64,000 nt of DNA, from contig JBHJGN010000063.1 of the NCBI GenBank assembly GCA_050331735.1, positions 1-64,000 of the forward strand. The letters run 5' to 3'. The position numbers and the translations under genes are program-made. This DNA comes from Cyanophyceae cyanobacterium. GTDB lineage: Bacteria > Cyanobacteriota > Cyanobacteriia > Cyanobacteriales > JBHJGN01. The notes below the pieces were generated by a model. That model saw only the letters and a list, made by a program, of their open reading frames with translations, searched no databases and was not told where the DNA came from. Positions 1-10,521 of the stretch are shown here, piece after piece (the stretch's first letter is position 1; each line of letters begins with the position of its first letter).

Positions 1-137
1 GTGTTACTGTTTCGCCGTTAAAAGCTTATGTAGAAAAGCAAAACACCCCTGATTGATAACTTCCGCGTTCGCTTCAGTTATCGCGCTATCCTTCTCGACG
101 CTCACCTGTCGGTAGAGCGCGGGGCTGTCGCGACTAG
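1..137 (+). mobile_element. tnpA: 3' end of an IS200/IS605-family element: tnpA C-terminus (to 56) plus a structured end
   Basis: 3..56 reads VTVSPLKAYVEKQNTPD*, resembling the Y1 transposase C-terminus. It is followed by an imperfect hairpin at 82..132 and an abrupt junction into a truncated gene at about 138. Confidence 0.7.
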
Positions 138-1010
138 CTCAGTTCACTCTATCAACTGTGGCGCTTTGAAAATGCTTTAGAACCCGGTCAAGTACATCAG
201 GGATACGACTGCCTGTATGTTCCCCAAGTCGGTTACGTCACGGGAGATCTAGACATTCATGATATTGCCGTTGCTACTTCTCCCAAAAATGAGCATCAGG
301 TGATCTTTGTCAATACTCTCTTTAGCTGTCTGGCAACCGTGAGCAATACCCACAGCTTTGTGCCTTTGTGGAAACCCCCTTTTATTTCGCGCTTGGCAGC
401 CGAAGACCGCTGTCACCTCAACGGTTTAGCGCTAAGGGACGGTCAGCCTCGCTACGTGACGCTGGTAAGCCGCAGTGATATTTTAGAGGGATGGCGCGAC
501 AGGAGAACAGACGGTGGCTGCGTGATGGATATCAGCAGCAATGAGACGATTCTCTCTGGGCTGTCGATGCCTCACTCACCTCGGTGGTATCAGGATAAGC
601 TGTGGCTGGTTAATTCGGGGATGGGAGAGTTTGGCTACATTAATCTGGCGCAGGGAAAATTTGAACCTGTTGCCTTTTGTCCTGGCTACTTGAGGGGACT
701 AGCATTTTGGGAAAACTTTGCTATTGTCGGGATCTCAAAGCCGCGCGAGAACAAAACCTTTTCTGGGCTACCGTTCAACGAGACGCTGATGGCTCAAAAG
801 GTACAGCCGCGCTGCGGACTAATGGTGATTGACTTACGAACGGGAGATATTGTCCACTCATTACGGATTTAGGGAGTAGTGCAGGAACTGTACGATGTGA
901 CGGTGCTGCCGGGGGTCAGGCGACCAATGGCGTTGGGATTTAAGACAGATGAAATCAGACGAGTAGTGACGATTGGTTCGACGGCTTCAGAGTCAATGAA
1001 CACCGAATGA
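138..1010 (+). pseudogene. TIGR03032/DUF4915-family protein, 5'-truncated with an internal stop
   Basis: In-frame SSLYQLWRFENAL...YVTGDLDIHD...VNTLFSCLAT...LSMPHSPRW. TAG at 870..872 is followed by GVVQELYDVTVLPGVRRPMALGFKTDEI up to TGA 1010. Confidence 0.8.
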
Positions 1011-1232
1011 CTCGAAGAGAGCAGCAGGGAGGATAAATTAAGCTCGAAAAAGATTAACTACAGGCAGGAGGAAGTCGTTCTGCGCGCTGTCAGTAAGTCA
1101 GTTTTAGATTTTTTTACGCCTACTGATCTTAAATCATGGCAGTCTTATCTATCGTGCAGTCGTGCGTCTATGCCAATTGATTGAGAGAAAGGCATATCCT
1201 GCAACGAGATTCCCGCTCAATCTACCAATAAC

Positions 1233-1577
1233 GTGCCATGCGCTCTGCTGAAATTCCCTTTAAACTCAATGAAGAAATATTCTCTATTCGCCCAGACCGC
1301 CATGAGAGACATTATTAATCGGGTTCTTGGCACCTTGATGAAAACGCGACCACCAGCGCCAGAGGAAATCGATGGGGCTGAAGCCCAAGTTTTTCTGGCT
1401 ACAATTCGCCGAGAACTACCAGATAACTTAGTTTATAGTCTCCGCATGGGAGCCGGAGGAGAAGGAGAAATTATCTTTCAGAAGCCGACGCAGTATCGAG
1501 GATACGTGATTTATTTTGACGACTTAGACAACGCTATTCTTAAGTGCCGCGAGTTTAAAATTAAAGTCCTTTCGTGA
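1233..1577 (+). CDS. Hypothetical protein (start possibly ATG 1269)
   Basis: Intact ORF with protein-like composition and no recognised motif. Confidence 0.5.
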   Translation: MPCALLKFPLNSMKKYSLFAQTAMRDIINRVLGTLMKTRPPAPEEIDGAEAQVFLATIRRELPDNLVYSLRMGAGGEGEIIFQKPTQYRGYVIYFDDLDNAILKCREFKIKVLS

Positions 1578-1648
1578 TGAGTTTTAATAGCTATTAGCGA
1601 TTAGCTTTTAGCTTCTAGAGCGTAGTTAATTCAAGCAAGGCAAACCAG

Positions 1649-2659
1649 TTGTACTTAACCATGACACAGCTTGACTCTACCGAGCCGACATCCCGAACCA
1701 TACAGGTAGGCATTGTGGGAACCGGATATGCAGCAAAGCGAAGGGCAGAGGCTTTTGGAGAAGAACCCCGTTCGCACCTATTGGCCGTGGCTGGTCATAC
1801 TCAAGAGCATACAGCAAAATTCTGCCAGATTTACGGAGGAACGCCACTATCTTGGCAGGAATTAGTTGATTTACCCAACTTGGATTTAGTGGTTATCTGT
1901 AACGTTAACAGCCATCATGCGGAGATTACCCGCGCTGCCCTAGAAGCCGATAAGCACGTTGTTGTGGAATATCCCTTAGCGCTCGATCCGACCCAGGCTC
2001 AGGAGTTGATTGCCCTGGCTAAACAGAACAACAAACTACTGCACGTCGAGCATATTGAATTACTCGGTGGCTTACATCAAGCTGTCCGTCAACACCTTTC
2101 TAAAATTGGCACCGTGTTTTCTGCTCGCTATACCACCCTTGTCCCCCAACGTCCGGCTCCGCGTCGCTGGACCTATCACCGGGAAATGTTTGGGTTCCCT
2201 CTCAGTGGTGCTCTTTCCCGCATTCATCGCCTCACCGATTTGTTTGGTTCAGTGGATTCGGTGAGCTGCCAGTCTCGCTTTTGGGATGCTTCATCTGGTT
2301 ACTTCACCGCCTGCTTTGCTCAGGCACAGTTGCGCTTTAGCTGTGGCGTTGTTGCTGATGTCGTCTACGGCAAAGGAGAAACAGTTTGGAGAAGCGATCG
2401 CACCTTTGAACTACACGGAGAAAAAGGGACGCTCATTTTTGCCGGAAACCAGGGCACGCTCATTCAGGAGAACGAAACCCCCATTGAAGTAGGTGGTCGT
2501 CGCGGTCTCTTTGCCCAAGATACGCAAATGGTTCTAGACCACCTGCTCGATGGCTCTCCTCTCTACGTAACACCAACTGCCAGCCTTTATGCCCTCAAAG
2601 TGGCTGATGCTACTCGTCAAGCGACAGAAACTGGAGAATTGTTAATAGTTGATCATTAA
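1649..2659 (+). CDS. bvdR: Gfo/Idh/MocA oxidoreductase, biliverdin reductase-like
   Basis: GIVGTGYAA Rossmann motif; HVVVEYP and LHVEHIELL motifs. Confidence 0.8.
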   Translation: MYLTMTQLDSTEPTSRTIQVGIVGTGYAAKRRAEAFGEEPRSHLLAVAGHTQEHTAKFCQIYGGTPLSWQELVDLPNLDLVVICNVNSHHAEITRAALEADKHVVVEYPLALDPTQAQELIALAKQNNKLLHVEHIELLGGLHQAVRQHLSKIGTVFSARYTTLVPQRPAPRRWTYHREMFGFPLSGALSRIHRLTDLFGSVDSVSCQSRFWDASSGYFTACFAQAQLRFSCGVVADVVYGKGETVWRSDRTFELHGEKGTLIFAGNQGTLIQENETPIEVGGRRGLFAQDTQMVLDHLLDGSPLYVTPTASLYALKVADATRQATETGELLIVDH

Positions 2660-2757
2660 TGGCATCTATCAACGATCAACCATGAACTATCAACAGAGCA
2701 AACGCGCTAAGGTTGAACATATCAACGCATTCTCTACCGTACCTGTATTAATGATCC

Positions 2758-5334
2758 ATGCTGCACTCTTATTTTGACGTTGAAGAAAACGGGCGCAAGT
2801 CTTTTGAGCTACCGGGAGCAAAACCTCACTACAACCCCGACCGCCCCGGACAGGTTGACCATATTTTCCTCGATCTGGTGCTGGATATTCCCCACAAGAG
2901 CTTTCAGGGAACCTGCACCATCACGCTCACGCCAGTTCGCACCGGAATTAAACAGCTTACTCTAGATGCGGTCGATCTTCAGATCGAATCGGTCCTAATT
3001 GATGATGTGAGTCAACCGTTCGACTACGACGGCAATCAGCTTGTCATCAATCTGCTCGAACCGACGGGAGAAGCACCGATTAAAATTGCGATCGCCTACC
3101 GCGTGGAGCATCCCCAGCGCGGACTTTATTTTGTTGGCCCCACCGAACACTACCCCGATAAGCCGACGCAGGTATGGACCCAGGGAGAAGATGAAGATTC
3201 CCGCTTCTGGTTCCCTTGCTTCGACTACCCAGGGCAACTGGCCACGTCAGAAATTCGGGTGCAGGTTCCGCAACAATTCATCGCTGTATCTAATGGAGAA
3301 CTCGTTGCGACTGAAGACTCAGGCGATGACAAAATCTACCACTGGCAGCAAAAGCAGGTTCATCCGACCTACCTAATGACCCTCGCAGTCGGAGACTTTG
3401 CCGAGATCCAGGAGCAGTGGAACGGCATTCCGGTGAACTACTATGTAGAGAAAGGTCGGGAAGCCGATGGCCGTCGCAGCATGGGTAAAACTCCCCGCAT
3501 GATCGAGTACCTCAGCCAGAAGTACGGCTACACCTATGCCTATCCAAAGTACGCTCAAGTGTGCGTCGATGATTTCATCTTCGGCGGCATGGAAAACACC
3601 TCCTGTACGCTACTGACGGACCGCTGCTTGCTCGACGAACGCGCGGCAATTGATAATTCACGCACCGAGAGCTTAGTGCTGCACGAACTCGCTCATCAGT
3701 GGTTTGGAGATTTAGTGGTTATTAAACACTGGTCCCATGCCTGGATTAAAGAAGGCATGGCTTCCTATGCAGAGGTGCTGTGGACCGAATACGAGTATGG
3801 TAAAGATGAAGCGGCGTACTACTTATTAAATGAGGCGCGGAGTTACTTAGAAGAAGACAGTTCTCGCTATCGTCGTCCCATCGTCACGCACGTATACCGG
3901 GAAGCGATTGAACTCTACGACCGTCACCTTTACGAGAAAGGAGCGTGTGTCTATCACATGATGCGGACGGTCCTGGGAGAGGAATTATTTGACAAAGCCA
4001 TTCATACTTTCGTGCAGGATAACGCTCATCAAACCGTTGAAACGGTGGATTTACTGCGGGCAGTGGAAAAGTCTACCGGGTACAACTTGATGTTTCTGTT
4101 CGACCAGTACGTTTTTAGAGGTGGACATCCTGATTTCAAAGTGGCCTACGCTTGGGATGGAGAAAATAATTTAGCCAAGCTGACGGTGACTCAAACGCAG
4201 GTTAAAGATAGTAGCAATACTAACGAGCTATTCAATCTCAAGATTCCCATCGCCTTTGGCTACCAGCAGGAGGGTGGCGTTTCCTTAAACACCATGACGC
4301 TGAAAATCCACGAACGCGAACAAAGCTTCTATTTCCCCCTAGCAGAAAAACCCCTCTTTGTTAGTTTTGATGTCGGCAACAACTTCCTCAAGACGGTGAC
4401 GCTAGAGTATCCCGTGGCGGAACTCAAAGCCCAGTTGCAGCACGATCCCGATCCGATTTCGCGAATCTATGCGGCGACGGCTTTAGCCAAAAAAGGGGGA
4501 CTAGAAGTGGTTAATGCTCTTGCGGACGCGTTGACCCATGAGCCGTTTTGGGGAATCCGAGTAGAGGTGGCGAAACAGTTAGCCAAAATTAAACTTGACC
4601 AGGCGGCGACGGCTCTCATAGCAGGGTTAAAAGATGAGGATGCACGAGTTCGTCGTGCTGCGGTGGATGGCTTAAGCCAGTTCAAAAATGACCACAGCTA
4701 TCAAACTCTCACAGAATATTTAGAACGAGGCGACGCAAGCTACTACACCGAAGCGGCGATCGCCCGCGCTCTCGGCGGCATGGTAGCAGGAAACCTGAAA
4801 GAAAAACAAGCAGAAGTCCTTAATTTACTCAAAACAGTGCTGGCAGAACGCTCCGGCTGGAATGAAGTGGTCCGTTCAGGAGCGATCACCGGACTTAGCA
4901 AGATGAAAACGTTCCCAGAGGCAGCAGAGGCCATTTTAGAATATACTCACCCCGGCGTTCCCCAAGCCATGCGTTTAGCGGCTATACGGGCATTAGGCGC
5001 CGTTTCTACCGGACAAACTCCGGATCAGGTAGAAATGATCTTAGAACAGCTAGAAACCCTCTCTGGGGAGTCTTTTTTCCTCACGCAGGTATCCGTTTCC
5101 TCTGCCCTGGGGCAGATGCAGACTCCCAAAGCGATCAGCATTCTTCAGGCGTTAGCTCAGCAAACTCCCGATGGAAGAGTTCGCCGTCGAGCCGAGGAAG
5201 CCGTGAGCAAAGTGCAGCAAAATATTGGGTCAGATAAAGCCGTTAAGGAGTTACGCGAGGAACTCGATCAGCTTAAACAGGATAATCAGGATCTTAAGAG
5301 TCGTTTAGCTAAGCTAGAGGCGAGCACAAACTAG
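2758..5334 (+). CDS. pepN: M1 aminopeptidase with HEAT repeats and a C-terminal coiled coil
   Basis: GGMEN, HELAHQWFG...E zinc motif, YEKGA. Confidence 0.92.
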   Translation: MLHSYFDVEENGRKSFELPGAKPHYNPDRPGQVDHIFLDLVLDIPHKSFQGTCTITLTPVRTGIKQLTLDAVDLQIESVLIDDVSQPFDYDGNQLVINLLEPTGEAPIKIAIAYRVEHPQRGLYFVGPTEHYPDKPTQVWTQGEDEDSRFWFPCFDYPGQLATSEIRVQVPQQFIAVSNGELVATEDSGDDKIYHWQQKQVHPTYLMTLAVGDFAEIQEQWNGIPVNYYVEKGREADGRRSMGKTPRMIEYLSQKYGYTYAYPKYAQVCVDDFIFGGMENTSCTLLTDRCLLDERAAIDNSRTESLVLHELAHQWFGDLVVIKHWSHAWIKEGMASYAEVLWTEYEYGKDEAAYYLLNEARSYLEEDSSRYRRPIVTHVYREAIELYDRHLYEKGACVYHMMRTVLGEELFDKAIHTFVQDNAHQTVETVDLLRAVEKSTGYNLMFLFDQYVFRGGHPDFKVAYAWDGENNLAKLTVTQTQVKDSSNTNELFNLKIPIAFGYQQEGGVSLNTMTLKIHEREQSFYFPLAEKPLFVSFDVGNNFLKTVTLEYPVAELKAQLQHDPDPISRIYAATALAKKGGLEVVNALADALTHEPFWGIRVEVAKQLAKIKLDQAATALIAGLKDEDARVRRAAVDGLSQFKNDHSYQTLTEYLERGDASYYTEAAIARALGGMVAGNLKEKQAEVLNLLKTVLAERSGWNEVVRSGAITGLSKMKTFPEAAEAILEYTHPGVPQAMRLAAIRALGAVSTGQTPDQVEMILEQLETLSGESFFLTQVSVSSALGQMQTPKAISILQALAQQTPDGRVRRRAEEAVSKVQQNIGSDKAVKELREELDQLKQDNQDLKSRLAKLEASTN

Positions 5335-5367
5335 TTCTTTAGAAAAACCTAAAATAGGAATACGTTG

Positions 5368-5391
5368 TAGGCTACTCGCTGTAGTAGCCTA
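5368..5391. terminator. 9-bp hairpin downstream of pepN
   Basis: TAGGCTACT-cgctgt-AGTAGCCTA; no strong U-tract. Confidence 0.35.
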
Positions 5392-5410
5392 TTCCAATGA
5401 TGCCCAGGGG

Positions 5411-5758
5411 ATGAAAAGAATGACCGCCAGCAGCGAGAGAAAATTACTGTCTCAAATTGATTCTGAACAACTACGACCAATTCTGGCTCAACTTCTTGAG
5501 GGGCAACAGCAGACACACAATACCTTGAATAAGGTTAGCGAAGACACTCAAGCTGTAAAAGAAGATATTCAAAACAGAAGAGAGCGACTCATCAAAATTG
5601 AGACGCGCCAAGAAGACTGGAAGCCTCAAATCGATAATATTGGCGGAGTCATTGAAAAAGTCGGTGAACTTAAGAATTAGCGACAGATCGCACTGATTGT
5701 TATCGCTGCATCTGTCAGCGGTTTTTTGGAATGGTTTTTGCGAGGCGGAAGACTGTAG
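5411..5758 (+). pseudogene. Small coiled-coil plus C-terminal TM protein interrupted by TAG
   Basis: ...VGELKN*(TAG 5678..5680)RQIALIVIAASVSGFLEWFLRGGRL*. The hydrophobic helix continues in frame; the TAG is probably a mutated TGG. Confidence 0.6.
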
Positions 5759-6088
5759 GATTGCTCGCTAACGATAGGAGCGATCGCCTCCGTTGCCATT
5801 CAAATTTTCTCTGCCATTCATCTCGGCGGGGTGCTGCTGGTGGAGCTATTGCGCCTGGCAGGCGTTTAAGAAATTACGACGTAGCGGGTGCAGATCATCT
5901 TGAAGTAGAAATGTGGGCAGCGCGGCGCAGTTGGCAGGTTTTAGCAGAGCCATTAAAATATCAGATTAATCAGAAGAGGATAGCTTTAGAGGTCTGACTA
6001 ATTAACTGAGATGCTATCATTTAATCCTGTTACTCTATCTGCTCAGATGACGACCGACTAAACTAAAGGTCGCTAATTACCTTGCACT

Positions 6089-6814
6089 ATGAGTGAGCCA
6101 ACTGTCATCAGCGAAGATTTTTATATTCCAGATGCTGAGCAATTTGTCACGGAAGATGATATCCCGGTGGATAATTTTGCCTCTGAAAAACAGCAGCGTT
6201 TTTTAGTGAGTTCCCTCTACAGCTCCAGATCCGAGCAAATTTTCATCGCTGCGGCTAACGTCGGTGTCTTTTATCAAGACCGTCAGCCTGCAATTGTGCC
6301 AGATGTGTTTCTGAGCCTAGATGTTCAAGTTCCTGACAACTGGTGGAAAAAATCAAACCGCTCCTACCTGCTGTGGCAGTTTGGCAAACCACCAGAAGTC
6401 GTGATCGAAATTGTTTCTAATAAAGAAGGCTCGGAACTGAGTCAGAAGCTAGACATCTACGAACAGATGCGAGTTAGCTACTATATTGTCTACGATCCTA
6501 GTCAGCAGCTCAGTGACACAGAGCTGCGTATTTACGAACTGAGGGGAAGGCGATTCTTTGAAACCGAGCAAACTTGGTTAGAACAAGTCGAGTTGGGGGT
6601 TGCTTTGTGGGAAGGAGAGTTTGAGGGCAGACAGGACACCTGGCTACGCTGGTGCGACAAAGACGGAACAATTTTACTAACGGGAGATGAACGCGCCGCA
6701 CAGGCTGAATCCCGTGCTGTACAAGCTGAATCCCGTGCCGCACAGGCTGAATCCCGCGCCGAGCAGCTAGCAGAACAACTGCGGGCTTTAGGAATTAATC
6801 CTGATACTGTATAG
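6089..6814 (+). CDS. Uma2-family endonuclease-like protein
   Basis: VPDVFL...PPEVVIEIVS...YYIVYDP; C-terminal LAEQLRALGINPD. Confidence 0.9.
   Translation: MSEPTVISEDFYIPDAEQFVTEDDIPVDNFASEKQQRFLVSSLYSSRSEQIFIAAANVGVFYQDRQPAIVPDVFLSLDVQVPDNWWKKSNRSYLLWQFGKPPEVVIEIVSNKEGSELSQKLDIYEQMRVSYYIVYDPSQQLSDTELRIYELRGRRFFETEQTWLEQVELGVALWEGEFEGRQDTWLRWCDKDGTILLTGDERAAQAESRAVQAESRAAQAESRAEQLAEQLRALGINPDTV
6692..6760 (+). repeat. About 3.3 x 21-bp coding tandem repeat (RAAQAES)
   Basis: cgcgccgcacaggctgaatcc / cgtgctgtacaagctgaatcc / cgtgccgcacaggctgaatcc. Confidence 0.9.
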
Positions 6815-6868
6815 ACGGAGTCAAGTTTTTAACCAAAGGCAAAGAAGCGATCGCCTCTTCAGCCCTTC

Positions 6869-7162
6869 CTATCTAGGCAAATTTCCCTCATCCTCGCGCC
6901 AATCTGGACAGGATTGCCCATTCCAACCATAAGGATGAAAGCCGCATACTAAAATTGTGCGCTTAGCACGGCTCTGACCGTAGGCTTTTCCGTGATAGTG
7001 AAGACATCCTTGACACGGTTGCGGACGAGCAGAAGCCGCTGATTCAAATCCTAGTTGAGAACGCAGAATTTGGCATTGAGACTGATAGCGATGCCAGCGA
7101 CGATGAATCGCGCGGCGACGAATCAGATTGGCGGTGGGAGAGGAGATCTGAATTGATGCCAT
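6869..7162 (-). CDS. Small Cys-rich cyanobacterial hypothetical protein
   Basis: CxxCxHY...CGFHPYGW...CPDW putative metal-binding pattern. Confidence 0.65.
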   Translation of the reverse strand: MASIQISSPTANLIRRRAIHRRWHRYQSQCQILRSQLGFESAASARPQPCQGCLHYHGKAYGQSRAKRTILVCGFHPYGWNGQSCPDWREDEGNLPR

Positions 7163-7276
7163 CAGAATTAGCTCATGGTGCTGCGCTCAGGTGCTGGCAA
7201 TAGCTTGTTCCAGTTTGCTGTTGACTGCAATTACCTCTAACTTACCCAAGCTACTGATAAATACGCCCATACCTCT

Positions 7277-7660
7277 TCATTGTGGCAAAAAATCTGTCAG
7301 AATTTCGTCGGGCTCATCATCAAAATCGTCATCATCAAGCATTGGGGATGGAGTGGCGGACTGCTGAAAAGTTTTGTCGGCTTGAGTTTGGCTCAGTTTT
7401 TGCTCTAAAATTTCCAGCCGCACGTGGAGAGATTTGAGCTGCTGTTTGTGAGGCTCAAGCTCAGACACTTTCTGTTTTAACTCGACGATCTCTTCCTCTA
7501 ATTCAACGGTAACTTCCCGATCCATGCCAATGTATTGAGCGATCGCCTCTCGCACCAGTTCCGTCAGCGATCGCCCAGTCTGCGCCGATAGCAGTTCAAA
7601 CCGCTCGATCCATTTTTGCGGAACAGGCGCTCCTAATACTCTTTCTTGATACTGGGCCAT
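7277..7660 (-). CDS. CopG/ribbon-helix-helix protein with coiled coil and acidic tail
   Basis: QTGRSLTELVREAIAQYI; DDDDFDDEPDEILTDFL tail. Confidence 0.75.
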   Translation of the reverse strand: MAQYQERVLGAPVPQKWIERFELLSAQTGRSLTELVREAIAQYIGMDREVTVELEEEIVELKQKVSELEPHKQQLKSLHVRLEILEQKLSQTQADKTFQQSATPSPMLDDDDFDDEPDEILTDFLPQ

Positions 7661-7713
7661 AGGTTAAGCAAAAGTCATCCCAATCACACCAAAATTCGCC
7701 TCAGCGGCAGCAG

Positions 7714-8487
7714 CTACCGCCGATGAATCAACATGCCCGGGGCTTGGTCGGTGGGCATTAACACCACATCCAAAATATTAACGTGGGCGGGGCGAGTGAC
7801 GCAGAAGAACACCACGTCAGCAACATCTTCAGGAGTGAGCGGAGTCATGCCTTTGTAGACATCTTCAGCGCGCTTAGTATCGCCGTGAAACCGCACATTA
7901 CTAAAGTTAGTTTCAACCAGTCCCGGATCGACGCAGCACACCCGTACCGGAGTTCCCAACAGATCCTGTTTCAGCCCTTCGGAAATCGACCTAACCGCCG
8001 CTTTTGTCCCGCAATAGACGTTCCCACCAGGATAGGTTTGATGCCCTGCCGTCGAGCCAATATTAACAACGCAGCCCCGCCCTCGCTCTACCATCCCGGG
8101 AACGAGCGCTCGAGTGACGTAGAGTAATCCCTTGATATTGGTGTCGATCATTTCTTCCCACCCCTGAACATCCCCTTCATAGAGCTTATCGAGTCCCCGA
8201 CTCAATCCGGCGTTGTTAATTAAAACATCTACCGCCTGCCAGGGAGAGGGCAGGGAGGAGAGGGATGAGGCTACCGCCGAGCGATCGCTAACGTCTAGCT
8301 CGAGCCAATGAATGTTGCTGCCGTAATTTTTGGTTAAATCAGCAGCTAATTGCTCGAGAGGTTCTTGGCGACGCGCTGCCAAAATCAGTTGAGCACCCGC
8401 CGCCGCAAAAACTTGAGCACAGGAAGCGCCAATGCCGCTGCTAGCGCCGGTGATTAAAACAGTTTGGTCATCGATTGGTGCTGGCAT
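7714..8487 (-). CDS. SDR oxidoreductase (YdfG-like)
   Basis: TGASSGIG, NNAG, YCGTK. Confidence 0.92.
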   Translation of the reverse strand: MPAPIDDQTVLITGASSGIGASCAQVFAAAGAQLILAARRQEPLEQLAADLTKNYGSNIHWLELDVSDRSAVASSLSSLPSPWQAVDVLINNAGLSRGLDKLYEGDVQGWEEMIDTNIKGLLYVTRALVPGMVERGRGCVVNIGSTAGHQTYPGGNVYCGTKAAVRSISEGLKQDLLGTPVRVCCVDPGLVETNFSNVRFHGDTKRAEDVYKGMTPLTPEDVADVVFFCVTRPAHVNILDVVLMPTDQAPGMLIHRR

Positions 8488-8508
8488 AAAGTCTCTAACG
8501 AATTAGCA

Positions 8509-8697
8509 TCAGGCAAATTTTTCCCACAGTACCCTTGTCAAAGTCAATAGCTCGTAGGCCACAAAGACACTCAAAATCACCGTAACAACCTGCCTGAGAA
8601 CGGGAATATCACCGTGTCCAAACAGAGAGGCGATAAAGTAAACAACAACAACAGTAAACGCTAGAAGCACGGTCAGTTGCAAAGGAGACATAGACAA
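8509..8697 (-). CDS. Small 2-TM membrane protein
   Basis: Two hydrophobic segments; 21 bp upstream of the SDR gene on the same strand. Confidence 0.55.
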   Translation of the reverse strand: MSMSPLQLTVLLAFTVVVVYFIASLFGHGDIPVLRQVVTVILSVFVAYELLTLTRVLWEKFA

Positions 8698-8963
8698 TAG
8701 TATCTGCTATCAGAATCTATAAGTGGTTATTGCCGGAGAAACAGTTGGCGGGCTCAAATCTTGCTCTCGGGCAAACTCCACTCGAATATATCGAAAATTT
8801 GTCAGCTCTAGCCGAAGTAGTAAGGTTCTGTTAACAAATGTTTGTGCCTTACCTCGCCCCATTGCTGGTTCATTATTCTTTGTTCATACAAATATCCCAA
8901 TCAACAATCAACCAAAAATCCTAGGTATAATCCCAACAGAATTGAATTTGAGGCTCTAAGTTG

Positions 8964-9443
8964 GTGATTGCTGTTTATCCTGGTAGCTTTGATCCGATTA
9001 CTTTTGGTCATCTTGATATTATTGAGCGCAGCGGCAGGCTTTTTGAGCACGTGATTGTAGCAGTTTTATGTAACCCCAGCAAACAACCGCTATTTCCAGT
9101 CGCTAAGCGAGTTGAGCAAATTCGCACGTGTACTCAGCATTTGCCCAACGTTGAGATCGATAGTTTTACAGGTTTAACGGTAGAATACGCCAAACTGCGT
9201 CGCGCTGGAGTTCTGCTGCGGGGACTGCGAGTCCTCTCAGATTTTGAAAAAGAGCTACAGATGGCTCATACCAATGAAACTCTTTGGAAGGGGGTAGAAA
9301 CGGTGTTTCTTGCTACAAACAAAGATTACAGCTTTTTAAGCAGCAGCGTTGTTAAAGAGATTGCCAAATTTGGCGGTTCTGTGGCTCACCTTGTTCCTGA
9401 AAGTGTTGCTAAAGAGCTCTATAAACATTATCAATCGAGTTGA
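8964..9443 (+). CDS. coaD: Pantetheine-phosphate adenylyltransferase
   Basis: [24 protein letters not shown]. Confidence 0.96.
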   Translation: MIAVYPGSFDPITFGHLDIIERSGRLFEHVIVAVLCNPSKQPLFPVAKRVEQIRTCTQHLPNVEIDSFTGLTVEYAKLRRAGVLLRGLRVLSDFEKELQMAHTNETLWKGVETVFLATNKDYSFLSSSVVKEIAKFGGSVAHLVPESVAKELYKHYQSS

Positions 9444-9684
9444 GCGTTTCTGGTCGCGTTTGGCAGCCGTTGACTTTCAGCTACTTTTGTTGAACTGTCA
9501 TCGATTAGTGCTTTAATCTTAGATAAACGCCATAGCGCTGATAGCAGCAATTAAATCTATCCTAAGAGTGAATTACAACAGAGCTTGCTCACGCTCAACA
9601 CAGCAGTCGGAGCCTGCCTTCGACTTCTGTGTTGAATATCCCCTCGAATCAAAAAGATTCTAGCTTCAGTAAGGTTATTGATTA

Positions 9685-10404
9685 TTGCTCAAAATGCCCA
9701 AAAAACTATCTTCCCCAAGCTCTTCCGCTGATCGGACCTCGCCTCCTGAAAAATCATCTCAGGAAGTAGACTTTAACATTCAGCAAGAATTTAATCGAGT
9801 TGAGGAAACAATTCTCAGCAGTCCGCGCATTCCCTTCACGCGGAGAACATTAGTTGACGAAGACAAGCTGCTGAACCAGCTTGATTTAGTCAGGATTAAT
9901 TTACCAGAAGCCTTTGAAAAAGCGCTGACTATTGTGCAGCAGAAACAAGAAATTCTTCAAGACGCGCAAAGCTATGCTCAAAATCTGATCAAAACTGCAC
10001 AAAATCAAGCCGCTCAGCTTTTGGATAGTTCGGAGATTGTGCGGCGGGCGGAGCTAGAAGCCAATCAAATCCGTCAAAAAGTGCAGCAAGACTGCGAAAC
10101 CCTACAGCGAAAGACGTTCGCCGAAATTGAGCAGAAGCGTCGCTCGACTTATCAGGAATTAGAGCAGATGCGTCAGGCTGCCCTTGCGGAGTGTGAAGAA
10201 ATCCAGAACGGAGCCGACCACTATGCAGATGCTGCTTTGGAGCGGATTGAGCAACAGCTTGGCGATATGCTGAAAGTGATTCGCAACGGTCGTCAGCAAA
10301 TTCACCAGCACTCTTCTCATAAAAGAGCGACCAGCGTTCCGCCTCGGGTACAGCTAGACAAAGGGAAAAAAGTTAAACAGAATGAGCGCTCGATTAAATC
10401 ATAA
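9685..10404 (+). CDS. cdv3: DivIVA-like coiled-coil cell division protein (Cdv3)
   Basis: SPRIPFTRRTLVDEDKLL...GADHYAD coiled coil; lies directly after coaD. Confidence 0.75.
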   Translation: MLKMPKKLSSPSSSADRTSPPEKSSQEVDFNIQQEFNRVEETILSSPRIPFTRRTLVDEDKLLNQLDLVRINLPEAFEKALTIVQQKQEILQDAQSYAQNLIKTAQNQAAQLLDSSEIVRRAELEANQIRQKVQQDCETLQRKTFAEIEQKRRSTYQELEQMRQAALAECEEIQNGADHYADAALERIEQQLGDMLKVIRNGRQQIHQHSSHKRATSVPPRVQLDKGKKVKQNERSIKS

Positions 10405-10521
10405 CTGGGATGAGAGAAGTCGTTAGTGGCAACGATAGCCAATCTACCTCGGGTTCGTGGTTAGTTTTCGGGAGAAAGACCAGCCGCTCGCTCTGAGAAA
10501 CTCGGCTCCAGCTCATTCATG

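Noticed and set aside
870..5680. TAG recoding or read-through suggested by two in-frame TAGs (870, 5678)
   Set aside because: The implied residues differ (Glu vs Trp), one gene is already truncated, and intact genes such as pepN end normally at TAG.
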